From: Spirochaetales bacterium
GTDB lineage: Bacteria > Spirochaetota > Spirochaetia > JABEVK01
Assembly (NCBI GenBank): GCA_947478845.1
Contig: CANJXC010000006.1
Location: 491 to 64,490, forward strand
DNA: 64,000 nucleotides
Direction of reading: 5' to 3'
The notes under the pieces are model-generated. The model was not told the DNA's origin, ran no database searches, and worked only from the letters and a program-made list of their open reading frames with translations. Of the stretch, positions 21,601 to 30,840 are shown piece by piece. The position numbers and the translations under genes were made by a program. Numbering within the stretch: the first letter of the stretch is position 1; every line of letters begins with the position of its first letter.

Positions 21601-22191
21601 CGAAAGCTCTACGAGGATGGGGTTGACCCGCTGCTGCTCATCGAGGCCATGGTTCTGCAACTCGAGGTAGTAGTTCCCTTCACCGAAGAGCTCGTAATAT
21701 TCCAACGCCCTTTTGCGGGCCTCACCAACCTTTCCGTTCAGGATCAGCTGGGGGATTTCGCCGGCAAGGCACGCTGACAGGCAGATCAGCCCTTCGTGGT
21801 GTTTCTCAATCAGTTCCCAGTCCACCCGCGGTTTGTAGTAGAAGCCCTCGGTGTAGCCCAGGCTGCTCAGCACCCGAAGGTTCGCGTAGCCCTCATCAGA
21901 TTTGGCAAGTAAGACAAGGTGGTTGTAGCGGCTGTCGTCTTCGGTCTTTTCCTTGAGAAACCGGCTGCCGGGGGCCACGTAGAGTTCGCATCCAATGATG
22001 GGCTGTATGCCCTGCTTCTTGCATTCCTTCCAGAACTTCAGCGCACCGAAAAGGTTTCCATGGTCGGTGATGGCGAGTGCTGGTAATCCGAGTTTTTTTG
22101 CCTTCGCGACCAGTTTTTCCACCGAGGCGGCCCCGTCGAGGAGGCTGTAGTCGGTGTGGCAGTGCAGGGGCGCGTAGGCAGTGGGGGGCAT
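18625..22191 (-). CDS. dnaE: DNA polymerase III alpha subunit
   Basis: PHP domain (HCHTDYSLLDG, AITDHGN, TNDSHY), GRGSGAGS, catalytic PDFDIDF, KMDFLGL, YGFNKSHAAAY, OB fold. No intein seen. Confidence 0.97.
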   Translation of the reverse strand: MPPTAYAPLHCHTDYSLLDGAASVEKLVAKAKKLGLPALAITDHGNLFGALKFWKECKKQGIQPIIGCELYVAPGSRFLKEKTEDDSRYNHLVLLAKSDEGYANLRVLSSLGYTEGFYYKPRVDWELIEKHHEGLICLSACLAGEIPQLILNGKVGEARKRALEYYELFGEGNYYLELQNHGLDEQQRVNPILVELSRETGIPLVCTNDSHYVDREDADAQDTLLCIGTGKKKNDPKRMRFDGQEFYLKSTQEMVELFFDTPEALTNTLRIASSISMEMKLPGPLLPEFKVPQDFLADAEKLVGTDLERLREHLSTENQYRLEQPAVQYFVWQSNRGLKKRYPGVGGAPPSPEVFERLDYELGVIISMDFVGYFLIVADFIWWAKDHDIPVGPGRGSGAGSIVAYSLRITDIDPLKYKLLFERFLNPERVSMPDFDIDFCMDRRQEVVDYVTQHYGSDKVGQIITFGTLKPKAALKDVARVLDIGFTEANNLSALVPDDPTFKFHLEELLSDPLPQAYIDKGWQENSTKLREYARNGAVYENLFETAKRLEGLSRHASTHAAGVVIGKTPLTDYVPLYKDPKTGQITTQFTMDLLEECGLVKMDFLGLATLTLVRNTLGLIAKRGILLTEEDLPDSDEKTFKMLQEGKSACVFQFESTGMQKTLKQAKPTCMEDLIALNALYRPGPMEQIPNFIAGKQNSRSIQWLHEDLVDCLKETYGVIVYQEQVMEVAQIIGGYTLGGADILRRVMGKKKKEEMEKQQALFLDGAEKKGYSRDTAQRIFDYLVPFAGYGFNKSHAAAYSVLAFQTAWLKANYPAEFMAANLTNEMDSQEKMGEYMAEAKAMGLVILPPHVNTSEKLFTVVEGKIVYGLQAVKNIGGGAVEEILRARSEGGPFSSFLDVLERVDLRAVNKRVFETGIQCGVFDGLGSNRATLFHNLDKALETAAKKKEEASSGQGGLFDGDEASPPLVLVDFPEWDQKELLNFEKLNLGTFVSGHPLDPHRERWKQTVSVNLAAPRKTEGEDKKDQLMGIITGIRTILTKKGQKMAWGLLEDFNGSIELVIFPKVYAKVEPWLTEEAVLGFTGKVEVADEKAKFLVDDILDPGSLAQVRALTVHVRLKPKDWQESEITRIRDTFLDHQGNSPLILHLTNGTKNAKIRCPQQLRIASSQDVLDQLGQHAWADAVWRE

Positions 22192-22206
22192 AAAAAGAGG
22201 ATACCT

Positions 22207-24135
22207 CTACCCTAGGTTCTCGGCAAGCCAGTTCTGGTAGGAAGCCAGCGGTACCGGCTTGGAATACAGCCAACCCTGAGCATAGGTGCATCCGATCCGC
22301 TTTAAGTAGTCTGCTTGCGCCTGGGTCTCGACGCCTTCGGCGGTAACTTCGAGGCCGAGGCTGTGTCCCATCGTAATAATCGTCTCGACAATTCGGTGTT
22401 TGGTTGTATTTCCTGCCAATTTGGTATCTTCCAACGGCCGTATAAAACTCTGGTCAATTTTGAGGTTGTTCACTTTCAGGCTCGAAAGGGAACTTAAGCT
22501 GGAGTAGCCGGTACCGAAATCATCAATGGCCAGCCGGAATCCTCGGCGCCTGAGGTGTTCGAGGGCCTCTTCCACCTGTGGGTCGTGCCCCATCAGAACG
22601 CCTTCTGTGATTTCGAACTCGATTTGGTGCGCTTCGATTCCGGTTTCTGCAAGTTGTTGGTCGATGTATGGCAAGAGGTTGCGGTCGGCCAGGTCCAACG
22701 GCGAAAGGTTGATGGCATGAATCAGAGAGGGATTCAGCGTGGCAATTTCCCGGAACGCCTGGGCAATCACAAAATCGGTAATCTTGCGGATCTGACCGGT
22801 TTGTTCGGCCAAAGGGATGAACACGTCAGGTCCGATTGTTCCGGAGCGGGCGCTGTGCCAGCGGAGTAAAACCTCAGCACCGAGCCCCCGACCGGTGGCC
22901 AAGTTCAGTTTCGCGTGGTAAACCAGCGAGAACTCCCGTAGTTGAATGGCATCCCTGAGTTCCTCTCCCAAGCGGAATCGCTGGTGGTCGGCCTCCCGCT
23001 GCGCCGGGTTAAAAAACAACACTTGGCCCGGAATCCCCTGAGAATGGTACAAGGTGGTGATGAGGTTGGCAAACAGGGCTTGCTCCGTTTCCCCGTCCTG
23101 CGGAAAACGGCTGACGGCGACTTCGCAGCTCAGACTCACGAGATTGCCCGAGGGTGGTTGGTCGTCGAGATCGTTATCCAGGTCGTAGGGCTGTCCGGTG
23201 ACGAGGGAATGCAAGTAGATCGCCAACTGCTCCAGCTGAACCGGGTGGTTGTCGGGCGATGACAAAACGAAGAGGGTGCCAGAATAACGCCCCACCAAGT
23301 TGCCGGTGGGCTGAAACTGTTGGAGTCGTCTTCCGACTTTCTGCAGGATTCTGTCGGCGCGCCCGCTGCCCTGGGTGGAGGTCACCTGCGAGAACTTTCT
23401 CAACTTGAGGGCTAACAGCCCAAGTCCCAAGCGATGGGTCTTAGCCTGAGCTACTTTCGCGGCAAGGTGCTCCTCGATGCGTGCCCGGTTGGCCAGTCCG
23501 GTTACAGGGTCGACGTAGGCCACCTTTGCCAAACCGCGCAAAAGCACGTGCTGGTAGCACACGGCGGCGATTCCCAAGAAAGTAGCAACGGCGAGTATGG
23601 TGAGGTATCGTGAGGAGATATCCGGACTGTTGAAAATCGATAGCGAGTGAAAGTTGCCGAAGGGCATGCGCAATAAAGTGCCGAGCAACAAGATGAGGGG
23701 AATCAGCACACCGCCCCGCAACCCGAGGACAAAAAAGATCACCGAGTAACCAGAAACAATGTAAAGGGCTCCCAGACCCCACTGGCCACCGGCATCGATA
23801 ATCAGCTGGAGGCAGATCATAGCCACGGCCAAAAAGTAGAAAATACGCGCCAGCTGCATCCGCCGGGTGACCCAAAATGACACCACCCCGCCCAGAACAA
23901 AGCCCGAAAATAGGAGTTCACCAACCACGGCGATGGCACTTCCGGCCCTCCAGTCGATCTGGAGGTTGTAGGGAATCGCCACTGCGCTCAGCAGCGCCAC
24001 TACATACAGGGCAATGATGGATACTCGAGATTGAAGGGGAATGGTATTTGGCTCCGGATTCACCTCAAGCAGAAAGTTCGAAAGGCGTCGAAGCAGAGAA
24101 ACTTTGGTTGGCGAGTTTGGTGATTCTGCTTCCAC
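22207..24135 (-). CDS. Membrane-anchored GGDEF(degenerate)-EAL protein, probable c-di-GMP phosphodiesterase
   Basis: About 5-6 N-terminal TM segments. The GGDEF site reads RYSGTLF (degenerate). EAL motifs are intact: EVLLRW, INLS, EITEG, IDDFGTGYSSL, KIDQSF, AEGVE, QGW. Confidence 0.88.
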   Translation of the reverse strand: MEAESPNSPTKVSLLRRLSNFLLEVNPEPNTIPLQSRVSIIALYVVALLSAVAIPYNLQIDWRAGSAIAVVGELLFSGFVLGGVVSFWVTRRMQLARIFYFLAVAMICLQLIIDAGGQWGLGALYIVSGYSVIFFVLGLRGGVLIPLILLLGTLLRMPFGNFHSLSIFNSPDISSRYLTILAVATFLGIAAVCYQHVLLRGLAKVAYVDPVTGLANRARIEEHLAAKVAQAKTHRLGLGLLALKLRKFSQVTSTQGSGRADRILQKVGRRLQQFQPTGNLVGRYSGTLFVLSSPDNHPVQLEQLAIYLHSLVTGQPYDLDNDLDDQPPSGNLVSLSCEVAVSRFPQDGETEQALFANLITTLYHSQGIPGQVLFFNPAQREADHQRFRLGEELRDAIQLREFSLVYHAKLNLATGRGLGAEVLLRWHSARSGTIGPDVFIPLAEQTGQIRKITDFVIAQAFREIATLNPSLIHAINLSPLDLADRNLLPYIDQQLAETGIEAHQIEFEITEGVLMGHDPQVEEALEHLRRRGFRLAIDDFGTGYSSLSSLSSLKVNNLKIDQSFIRPLEDTKLAGNTTKHRIVETIITMGHSLGLEVTAEGVETQAQADYLKRIGCTYAQGWLYSKPVPLASYQNWLAENLG

Positions 24136-24198
24136 TGTTGCCCTAAAGGTCGCTATCGTTCAGGAAACTGTCAAACCCGAACGAAAGGCCAGTAGGTT

Positions 24199-24227
24199 TT
24201 GACTTTTACCGGCGCAATTCATACTTT
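24199..24227 (+). promoter_or_regulatory. Putative sigma70 promoter of lon
   Basis: TTGACT-17 nt-TACTTT, 20 nt before the ATG. Confidence 0.45.
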
Positions 24228-24246
24228 TGGCTTGAGGTAGGATTCC

Positions 24247-26604
24247 ATGAAAGATTTCCGCGTTGCAGACAGACATGCCCCGGTGTTGCCTCTCGATGGC
24301 CAGATGCTGTTTCCGCTGGCTACGGTGGTTCTGCGCCTGCGAAAAGAGGGTGCAGACCGCATTCTGGAGGCTGCTGCCAAAAACCAGAATCTTGTGGCCA
24401 TCCTTCAAAAACGGGCCGACGGTGAGGTTCACCGCATCGGAACCCTCGCCGAGATAGAAGGCTCCCGTTCGGGTGGCTCTGGCTGGGATGTCACCGTCAG
24501 GGGATTGGCCAAAATCCGTGTTGAGAGCTTTCAAGACGATGGCCACCACCAGATTGCTGCCTATGAGTTTGATGACGAGGCCCAAGACCTCGACGAGGCC
24601 ACCGGCCAGGTGCTCCTGAAAAACATTAAGGCCATTTCGTCTGAGATTCTTGGCATGATCGAGGGCGGCGAAAACATGATCAAGATGATTGATCAGTTTG
24701 AGGATCCTTCGGTCATGATGGCCTTTTGCCTGCAAAACATGCCCATTCCTGCCGCCGAGAAGCAATTGTACCTTGAGGTTAGTAGCCTCAAGGCCCGTGG
24801 CCTCAAAATTCTCGACCTGCTGAGCCGCCAAAAAGAAAGCCTGCGCATCCAGCTGGAAATGAACTCCAAAATCACCGATCAGGCCAGCAAGACCCACCGC
24901 GAAAACCTCCTTCGGGAGCAGTTGCGCAGCATCAAAGAGGAACTCGGTGAGGGAAAGTCCCCCTCCGGCGCTGCCAAGGACTACCGAGAGAAAATTTCCC
25001 AGGCCAACATGCCCGAGCAGGTGAGGCTGGCTGCCCTAGAGGAACTGGAAAAGCTCGAGGCCATGGGCAGTAACAATCCGGAGTCGAACATCGTCCGTAA
25101 TTACCTCGAAGTGCTGCTTAGCCTTCCTTGGGCCGAGCCTGTGGCCCTCGATATCCATCTCGCCGAAGCACGCAAGGTGCTCGACGCTGATCACCACGGC
25201 TTAGACAAGGTAAAAGATCTCATTATCCAGCACTTAGCAGTGTTGAAACTCAAGAAAGACAAAAAAGGCACAGTACTCCTCCTCGTTGGTCCTCCCGGCG
25301 TGGGAAAGACTAGCTTAGGACAGTCCATCGCCCGGGCCATGGGTCGCCAATTCGTGCGGGCCAGCCTCGGTGGAGTGCGTGACGACGCCGAAATCCGCGG
25401 TCACCGGCGCACGTATCTCGGTGCCCTTCCGGGGCGCATTCTGCAGTCGATGAAAAAACTGAAGGCCCGCAACCCGGTCTTCCTGCTCGACGAGGTCGAC
25501 AAGATGGTCAAGGGCTGGAATGGCGACCCGGCGAGCGCCTTGCTCGAGGTTCTTGACCCGGAACAGAACGATAGCTTTCAGGACCACTACCTCGACCTTC
25601 CCTACAACCTCAGCGATGTGTTCTTCATCGCCACAGCCAACAGCACAGAAAGTATTCCACAGCCCCTGCTAGACCGCATGGAAGTCATTACACTGTCGGG
25701 TTATACCGAACAAGAGAAGTTTCACATTGCCAAAGGTTACCTGGTTCCCAAACAGTTGGAACTGCACGGCCTAACAGGCAAGCTGGTGATTGAGGATGCA
25801 ACTTTGCTCGAGTTGGCGGGCAACTGGACCCGCGAAGCCGGAGTTCGCGACCTTCAGCGAAAAATCATGATGCTGTGCCGGGTCAGCGCGGAGAAAGTGG
25901 TGGGTTCAACTCCGAGTGAGCTTCCAGTGAGGGTAGCGGTGGAACAGTTGGAACCTTTGATGGGAAATAAGCCTTTCCATCACGAGGTGGCCGAAAGCGA
26001 CCAGCCACCAGGGGTGGCCACCGGTCTGGCCTGGACGCCGGTGGGCGGTGACATCCTGTTCATCGAAGCCGTTGCCATGCCAGGTTCGGGGCAACTGATT
26101 CTCACTGGCCAGTTAGGCGACGTTATGAAGGAAAGTGCCCGCATCGCGTTGAGCCTGGTACGCAGCCAGTTGGGCGTACTGGCCTCTTCTTGGGACTTCA
26201 AGACCACAGACCTCCACATCCACGTGCCCTCAGGTAGCATACCCAAGGACGGACCTAGCGCCGGTACCGCCTTGTTTGCAACCATCGCAAGCTTGGTTCT
26301 CGGGCGCAGCGTCGACAGCAAGTTGGCCATGACCGGCGAAGTGACCCTCAGGGGGGCCGTTACCCCCGTGGGGGGGATCAAGGAGAAGCTCATTGCCGCG
26401 CACCGCGCTGGTATCCGCAGAATCCTATTGCCTAAGTTCAATGAGCGAGACCTGAAGGATTTACCGTCTGAGGTCCGAGCCGATCTAGAAATTACCTTGG
26501 TTGAAAAGGTCAGCGAGGTCCTGAAGCTTGTCTTCGGAATTGCAGGTGCCGACCTTTCGGGTGTTCCGGTGCCAACCAAACGCCCCCTTTCTGTAACCTT
26601 ATGA
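24247..26604 (+). CDS. lon: ATP-dependent protease La (LonA)
   Basis: LVGPPGVGKT, RGHRRTYLGALPG, LLDEVDK, and the protease domain PKDGPSAG with a downstream catalytic Lys (GGIKEK). Confidence 0.96.
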   Translation: MKDFRVADRHAPVLPLDGQMLFPLATVVLRLRKEGADRILEAAAKNQNLVAILQKRADGEVHRIGTLAEIEGSRSGGSGWDVTVRGLAKIRVESFQDDGHHQIAAYEFDDEAQDLDEATGQVLLKNIKAISSEILGMIEGGENMIKMIDQFEDPSVMMAFCLQNMPIPAAEKQLYLEVSSLKARGLKILDLLSRQKESLRIQLEMNSKITDQASKTHRENLLREQLRSIKEELGEGKSPSGAAKDYREKISQANMPEQVRLAALEELEKLEAMGSNNPESNIVRNYLEVLLSLPWAEPVALDIHLAEARKVLDADHHGLDKVKDLIIQHLAVLKLKKDKKGTVLLLVGPPGVGKTSLGQSIARAMGRQFVRASLGGVRDDAEIRGHRRTYLGALPGRILQSMKKLKARNPVFLLDEVDKMVKGWNGDPASALLEVLDPEQNDSFQDHYLDLPYNLSDVFFIATANSTESIPQPLLDRMEVITLSGYTEQEKFHIAKGYLVPKQLELHGLTGKLVIEDATLLELAGNWTREAGVRDLQRKIMMLCRVSAEKVVGSTPSELPVRVAVEQLEPLMGNKPFHHEVAESDQPPGVATGLAWTPVGGDILFIEAVAMPGSGQLILTGQLGDVMKESARIALSLVRSQLGVLASSWDFKTTDLHIHVPSGSIPKDGPSAGTALFATIASLVLGRSVDSKLAMTGEVTLRGAVTPVGGIKEKLIAAHRAGIRRILLPKFNERDLKDLPSEVRADLEITLVEKVSEVLKLVFGIAGADLSGVPVPTKRPLSVTL

Positions 26605-27935
26605 GCCTTCTCGGAAACGACGCCCTCGAAATTTTTCAGAAGGCCCTCGACCGTGTCGAGCCTCGCCGCCTCATCAGGCAGCTTCTCAGTCTGGAAACGC
26701 GGGAAGGCCAGGAAATGCTCGTCGTTCGCACCGAAAGGCGGCAACATTTTTACCCCCTGGCCCGTTACCATACGGTGCAGGTTGTCGGGTACGGAAAGGC
26801 AAGTCCTGCGATGGCCCAGGGTGTGGAAGATCTGTTGGGCAACCGGATCCAAGGGGGTTTGGTCGTCACCAAAACCGGTCACGCCCGCCCGCTGGTCAGG
26901 ATAAAGGTTCTCGAAGCGTCGCATCCGGTACCCGACGCGTCCAGCGAACGGGCCGCGCTGGCCCTCATGGAGTTTGCGCAAGCGCAGACGGCCGGCACTC
27001 TGGTGATCAACTGTGTTTCTGGCGGCGGCTCCTCGTTATTGTGTGCGCCGGGTTTTGGCCTCTCGCTGGCCGACAAGCGCCGGGTCAATGAACTTTTGTT
27101 GGCCTCTGGGGCTCCTATCACCGAAGTCAACACCGTACGCAAGCATCTTTCTCTGGTCAAAGGAGGTCGGCTGGCCGCGTCCTTCTATCCGGCCACCGTG
27201 GTCAACCTGGTGCTTTCCGACGTCATGGGCGACGAAATGGCCACCGTGGCCTCGGGCCCCACTCTGCATGACCCAGGCACCTGGGCCGAAGCCCGCGCCA
27301 TCGTGCGTCGCTTTCGCCTCGACAGCAAAGTTCCCGCGAAGGTTCTCGAGGTCCTTGAGGCCGGGGCAGGGGGTCGGCTTCCCGAAACTCCGAAATCGGC
27401 CCATCCAGCGTTCACCTTGTGCGACAATGTGCTCGCCGGGGGCAATCAGGAGGCCTTGGCAGCAGCAGAGGCCGAGGCCAAGGCTTTAGGTTACCAGACC
27501 ACGATTGTTTCTGCCGATTTGCAGGGTGAGGCACGAAAGGCGGCCCAATTGTTCGTGAAGTTTGTTGCTGAGCACCAACCGGGCCGCAAGCGAGCCTTTC
27601 TTGCCGGCGGGGAGACCACTGTCACCGTCGTTGGTTCAGGAACCGGCGGCCGCAACCAAGAACTCGCGGTGGGCTTTGCCCAGGGGCTCTTGAAGGAAGG
27701 CCTCGAGTTTGAAAGGGGTGCCTTCCTTTCTGGCGCTACTGATGGCAGCGACGGACCAACGGACGCCGCAGGCGGCCTCGTCGACTCCAGCAATGTTCAA
27801 GCCCTCCAACCATTGGCCGCGCAGGCCCTTGAGCAAAACGATACCTACCACGCCTTAGAAAAGGTTGGCGCCCTGCTCAAGACCGGTCCCACCGGAACCA
27901 ACGTGTGTGACCTTCAGGTGTTGTTGCTCGAATAG
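26601..27935 (+). CDS. Glycerate 2-kinase (DUF4147/MOFRL family)
   Basis: GYGKAS, ASHPVPD, SGGGSSL, VRKHLS, SDVMGD, GGETTV, GGRNQE, TDGSDG, TGPTGTNVCD. Confidence 0.9.
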   Translation: MSLLGNDALEIFQKALDRVEPRRLIRQLLSLETREGQEMLVVRTERRQHFYPLARYHTVQVVGYGKASPAMAQGVEDLLGNRIQGGLVVTKTGHARPLVRIKVLEASHPVPDASSERAALALMEFAQAQTAGTLVINCVSGGGSSLLCAPGFGLSLADKRRVNELLLASGAPITEVNTVRKHLSLVKGGRLAASFYPATVVNLVLSDVMGDEMATVASGPTLHDPGTWAEARAIVRRFRLDSKVPAKVLEVLEAGAGGRLPETPKSAHPAFTLCDNVLAGGNQEALAAAEAEAKALGYQTTIVSADLQGEARKAAQLFVKFVAEHQPGRKRAFLAGGETTVTVVGSGTGGRNQELAVGFAQGLLKEGLEFERGAFLSGATDGSDGPTDAAGGLVDSSNVQALQPLAAQALEQNDTYHALEKVGALLKTGPTGTNVCDLQVLLLE

Positions 27936-28008
27936 TCACCCACAGTGATTCGTGTCGCCCCTTGCGCTAACCGGCGTTTGAGCCAACACTCAAAACAGGA
28001 GTTCATCC

Positions 28009-28809
28009 ATGAAAGAAAAATCTGCCCTGACCAAGCAAGAATATGAAGACGAGCTCAAACGTCTCAATGTTGAATTGGTGAAGCTTCAGGAGTGGGTGAA
28101 GCACGAGGGGCTTCGTGTGGTCGCTCTTTTTGAGGGTCGCGATGCCGCTGGAAAGGGCGGCGTGATCAAGGCCATCATCGAGGGGTTGAATCCCAGGCAA
28201 GCACGGATCGCGGCCCTTGGTGTTCCCACCGAAAAAGAGAAAACCCAGTGGTATTTTCAACGCTACGTAGCCCACCTGCCCAGCGCCGGCGAAATGGTGC
28301 TTTTTGACCGTTCGTGGTACAACCGTGCCGGTGTCGAGCACGTGATGGGTTTCTGCACCGAGGCCCAATACGAAGAGTTCAAGGCCTCGGTGCCTGACTT
28401 TGAGAGAATGCTCATCCACAGCGGTATTATCCTGATCAAATACTGGTTTTCGGTGAGCGACGATGTTGAGGAAATGCGTTTCAAAGAACGTCTGAAAAAT
28501 CCGGCCAAACGCTGGAAACTGAGCCCCATGGACATGACTGCCCGCACGAAGTGGGTGGACTACTCCAAGGCCAAGGATGCGATGTTTGCCTTCAGCGACA
28601 CCAAACACAGCCCCTGGTACGTGGTGGATGCCGACGACAAGCGCGCTGCGCGCCTGAACACCATCACGCATCTGTTGGGCCAGATTCCCTATCAGGATCT
28701 GACCCCGCCCGAAATCACAATTCCCGAACGTCAGAAGGTGAAGGGGTACAAGCGGCCTCCCATTTCGAAGCAAAACTGGATTCCCCAGGTGTACCCAGTG
28801 ACAAAGTAG
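28009..28809 (+). CDS. ppk2: Polyphosphate kinase 2
   Basis: FEGRDAAGKGG, WYFQRY, FDRSWYNRAGVE, KRWKLSPMD. Confidence 0.95.
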   Translation: MKEKSALTKQEYEDELKRLNVELVKLQEWVKHEGLRVVALFEGRDAAGKGGVIKAIIEGLNPRQARIAALGVPTEKEKTQWYFQRYVAHLPSAGEMVLFDRSWYNRAGVEHVMGFCTEAQYEEFKASVPDFERMLIHSGIILIKYWFSVSDDVEEMRFKERLKNPAKRWKLSPMDMTARTKWVDYSKAKDAMFAFSDTKHSPWYVVDADDKRAARLNTITHLLGQIPYQDLTPPEITIPERQKVKGYKRPPISKQNWIPQVYPVTK

Positions 28810-28812
28810 AAG

Positions 28813-29958
28813 CTATTTGTGGGCTAACCGGAACGAGGCGGCAATAGCCAGCAACGCGACACCCACCAGAGCTAGGGCCATTGACAGGCTGGTCAGACTC
28901 GACACGAATCCGATAAACGCCGGACCCACCAGTACTCCGGTGTAGGCCACCGTGGAAACGAAGGCCACCGCCAGGTGAGGTGACATGTGATTCTGACGGC
29001 CTAGGGTGGAGAAGAGCACTGGAACGATATTGGCCAAGCCGATTCCCACCAGCGCATAACCGGCCAGTGAAACCCCGGCTAAGGGTGTGAAAATCACCAC
29101 CGCGAAGCCGGCAGCGGATCCCAGCCCACCCAAAAGCAAAACGAGGCTTTGGCCGAGCCGGTTGACTATCCAGTCTCCGGTGAGACGGCCCACGAGCATC
29201 AGAACCGAAAATACTGCGTAACCCATTCCGGCCCACTCCATGGGGAGGGACTTGTGCGAGCTCAGGTAAACCGCGCTCCAGTCGAGAATCGAGCCTTCAG
29301 CAAGGAAGGCGATGAACGCTAGTGCTGCCACCGCGAGAACCAGCGGGTGGGGAAGACTGAAGGTTTTTTTCTCTTCCTGGGGGTTTCTGTCGGTCAACAA
29401 ACCTGCCCGAAAACCGCCGATGAGGCCAAGCACAAGCACCGAGGCGACAACCATGACCATAGGCGGCGTCAGGCTGACTCCTAGCATCAAGGCGACGAGG
29501 CCGGCTCCTACGAAACCTCCGATGCTCCAAAAAGCATGAAAGCCCGACATGAGCGACCGGCCACTGGCTTTCTCCACCAAAACCGCCTGAATGTTGATCA
29601 CTACATCGATGGTGCCGATGGCCGACCCGAAGAGCAGGAGGGCCACCACCAACAAGGCGACGTGGTTCACCACGGCCAGGGCCGGAAGTAGCAGAGCTAC
29701 GAGAACACTCGCGCCAAAAATAAGGGGCCGGATGCCGAAGCGGGAGGCCAAGCTGCCGGCCAGTGGCATGGTCGTCAACGATCCTATGCCGAAGCACAGC
29801 AAAATCAGTCCTAGTCCAGCGTCATCAAGGCCCAAACGCATTTTGGCAAACGGAATCAGAGGTGCCCAAGCGGCACCCGCGAAACCTCCTATGAAGAAGG
29901 CGGCCCGAGTGGACCATCGTTCGAGTCTTCCCGGATCGGTAGAAGAAGCTGTTCGCAT
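28813..29958 (-). CDS. MFS transporter
   Basis: About 12 TM helices; DVVINIQAV...MSGFHAFWSIG and GRLTGD motifs. Confidence 0.88.
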   Translation of the reverse strand: MRTASSTDPGRLERWSTRAAFFIGGFAGAAWAPLIPFAKMRLGLDDAGLGLILLCFGIGSLTTMPLAGSLASRFGIRPLIFGASVLVALLLPALAVVNHVALLVVALLLFGSAIGTIDVVINIQAVLVEKASGRSLMSGFHAFWSIGGFVGAGLVALMLGVSLTPPMVMVVASVLVLGLIGGFRAGLLTDRNPQEEKKTFSLPHPLVLAVAALAFIAFLAEGSILDWSAVYLSSHKSLPMEWAGMGYAVFSVLMLVGRLTGDWIVNRLGQSLVLLLGGLGSAAGFAVVIFTPLAGVSLAGYALVGIGLANIVPVLFSTLGRQNHMSPHLAVAFVSTVAYTGVLVGPAFIGFVSSLTSLSMALALVGVALLAIAASFRLAHK

Positions 29959-30015
29959 GGGTTTTCCTTGATTTGAGTTTTTCGCGCTCAGGTTATCGCA
30001 GTATTACCCTGTGGG

Positions 30016-30840
30016 TCAGCCCTTGACGGCCCCTTGCAGGAGCGCAGCGATAATTTGCCGCTGGAAGAGCACGAAAATCACCAGCGTGGGAATCAGGATG
30101 AGCACAGTGCCCGCGCACAACAAGGGAACATTCGTGGCGTAGTGCCCTTGAAAGGCTCCCAAGGCCCCGGCCATCGTCCGCTGCGACGGGTCTTCTACCA
30201 GCACCAAGGCGAGAAGAAACTGATTCCAAGTCCAAACGGCCATCAAGATTCCTAACGATGCTATCGGGGCCTTGGCCAGGGGAAAATGGATGCGCCAAAA
30301 CAAATCCCACGTTGAGGCTCCGTCGACTTTGGCAGCCTCTGAGATTTCGGGAGACACGCCCACAAAATGGGCTCGCATCCAGAACACCGCAAAGGGCATG
30401 TACAAGGCGATGAGCGGAAGAACCACCGCAAGGCGGGTGCTGTAAAGGCCAAGAAACCGTTCCAAGTAGTACAACGGGACGATGATGCCGCCAAAAGGCA
30501 GGGTCAAACCGAAGACAAACAGGAGGAGGAGAAACCGTGACCCCGGAACTCTCAGTTGGCCAATTGCGAAGGCGGCCATGGTAGAGATCAGGAGCGCCAC
30601 GGGGACGACCGCCAAAACTATGAAGGAACTCGACCCCAGCAAGACCAGCATATTGGCAACCTGAAAGGCTTCCACAAAGTTGACCCACTGAGGTTCTGCG
30701 GGCCAGCCAAATCCTGATGGCACAGTGTTAGAGGGGTAGAGTGCCGTGGTGAAGATGCTGATAAAGGGCAACAGCGTTACGACCATCAAAACCAGCAAAA
30801 GGAGCCTTCCGGTCAGCAGTTCCAAGCGGCTAATCTTCAT
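30016..30840 (-). CDS. Carbohydrate ABC transporter permease (MalG-like)
   Basis: ATG 30840 overlaps the upstream stop. EAA loop EAAKVDGAS and WTWNQF. Confidence 0.9.
   Translation of the reverse strand: MKISRLELLTGRLLLLVLMVVTLLPFISIFTTALYPSNTVPSGFGWPAEPQWVNFVEAFQVANMLVLLGSSSFIVLAVVPVALLISTMAAFAIGQLRVPGSRFLLLLFVFGLTLPFGGIIVPLYYLERFLGLYSTRLAVVLPLIALYMPFAVFWMRAHFVGVSPEISEAAKVDGASTWDLFWRIHFPLAKAPIASLGILMAVWTWNQFLLALVLVEDPSQRTMAGALGAFQGHYATNVPLLCAGTVLILIPTLVIFVLFQRQIIAALLQGAVKG

Noticed and set aside
18625-22191. Possible intein in dnaE
   Set aside because: The length (1188 aa) and continuous motifs fit an uninterrupted DnaE; no intein N- or C-terminal signatures.
24170-24204. Inverted repeat GTCAAACC...GGTTTTGAC with an internal GAAA upstream of the EAL gene and lon, considered as a c-di-GMP riboswitch or CIRCE
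   Set aside because: It lacks the second GEMM hairpin and conserved linker and does not match TTAGCACTC-N9-GAGTGCTAA. At most a weak operator.
24160-26981. Minus-strand ORFs of 245 aa (24160-24897) and 333 aa (25980-26981)
   Set aside because: They lie opposite lon and glycerate kinase, which have full motif support.
28003-28773. 256-aa minus-strand ORF
   Set aside because: Antisense to ppk2.
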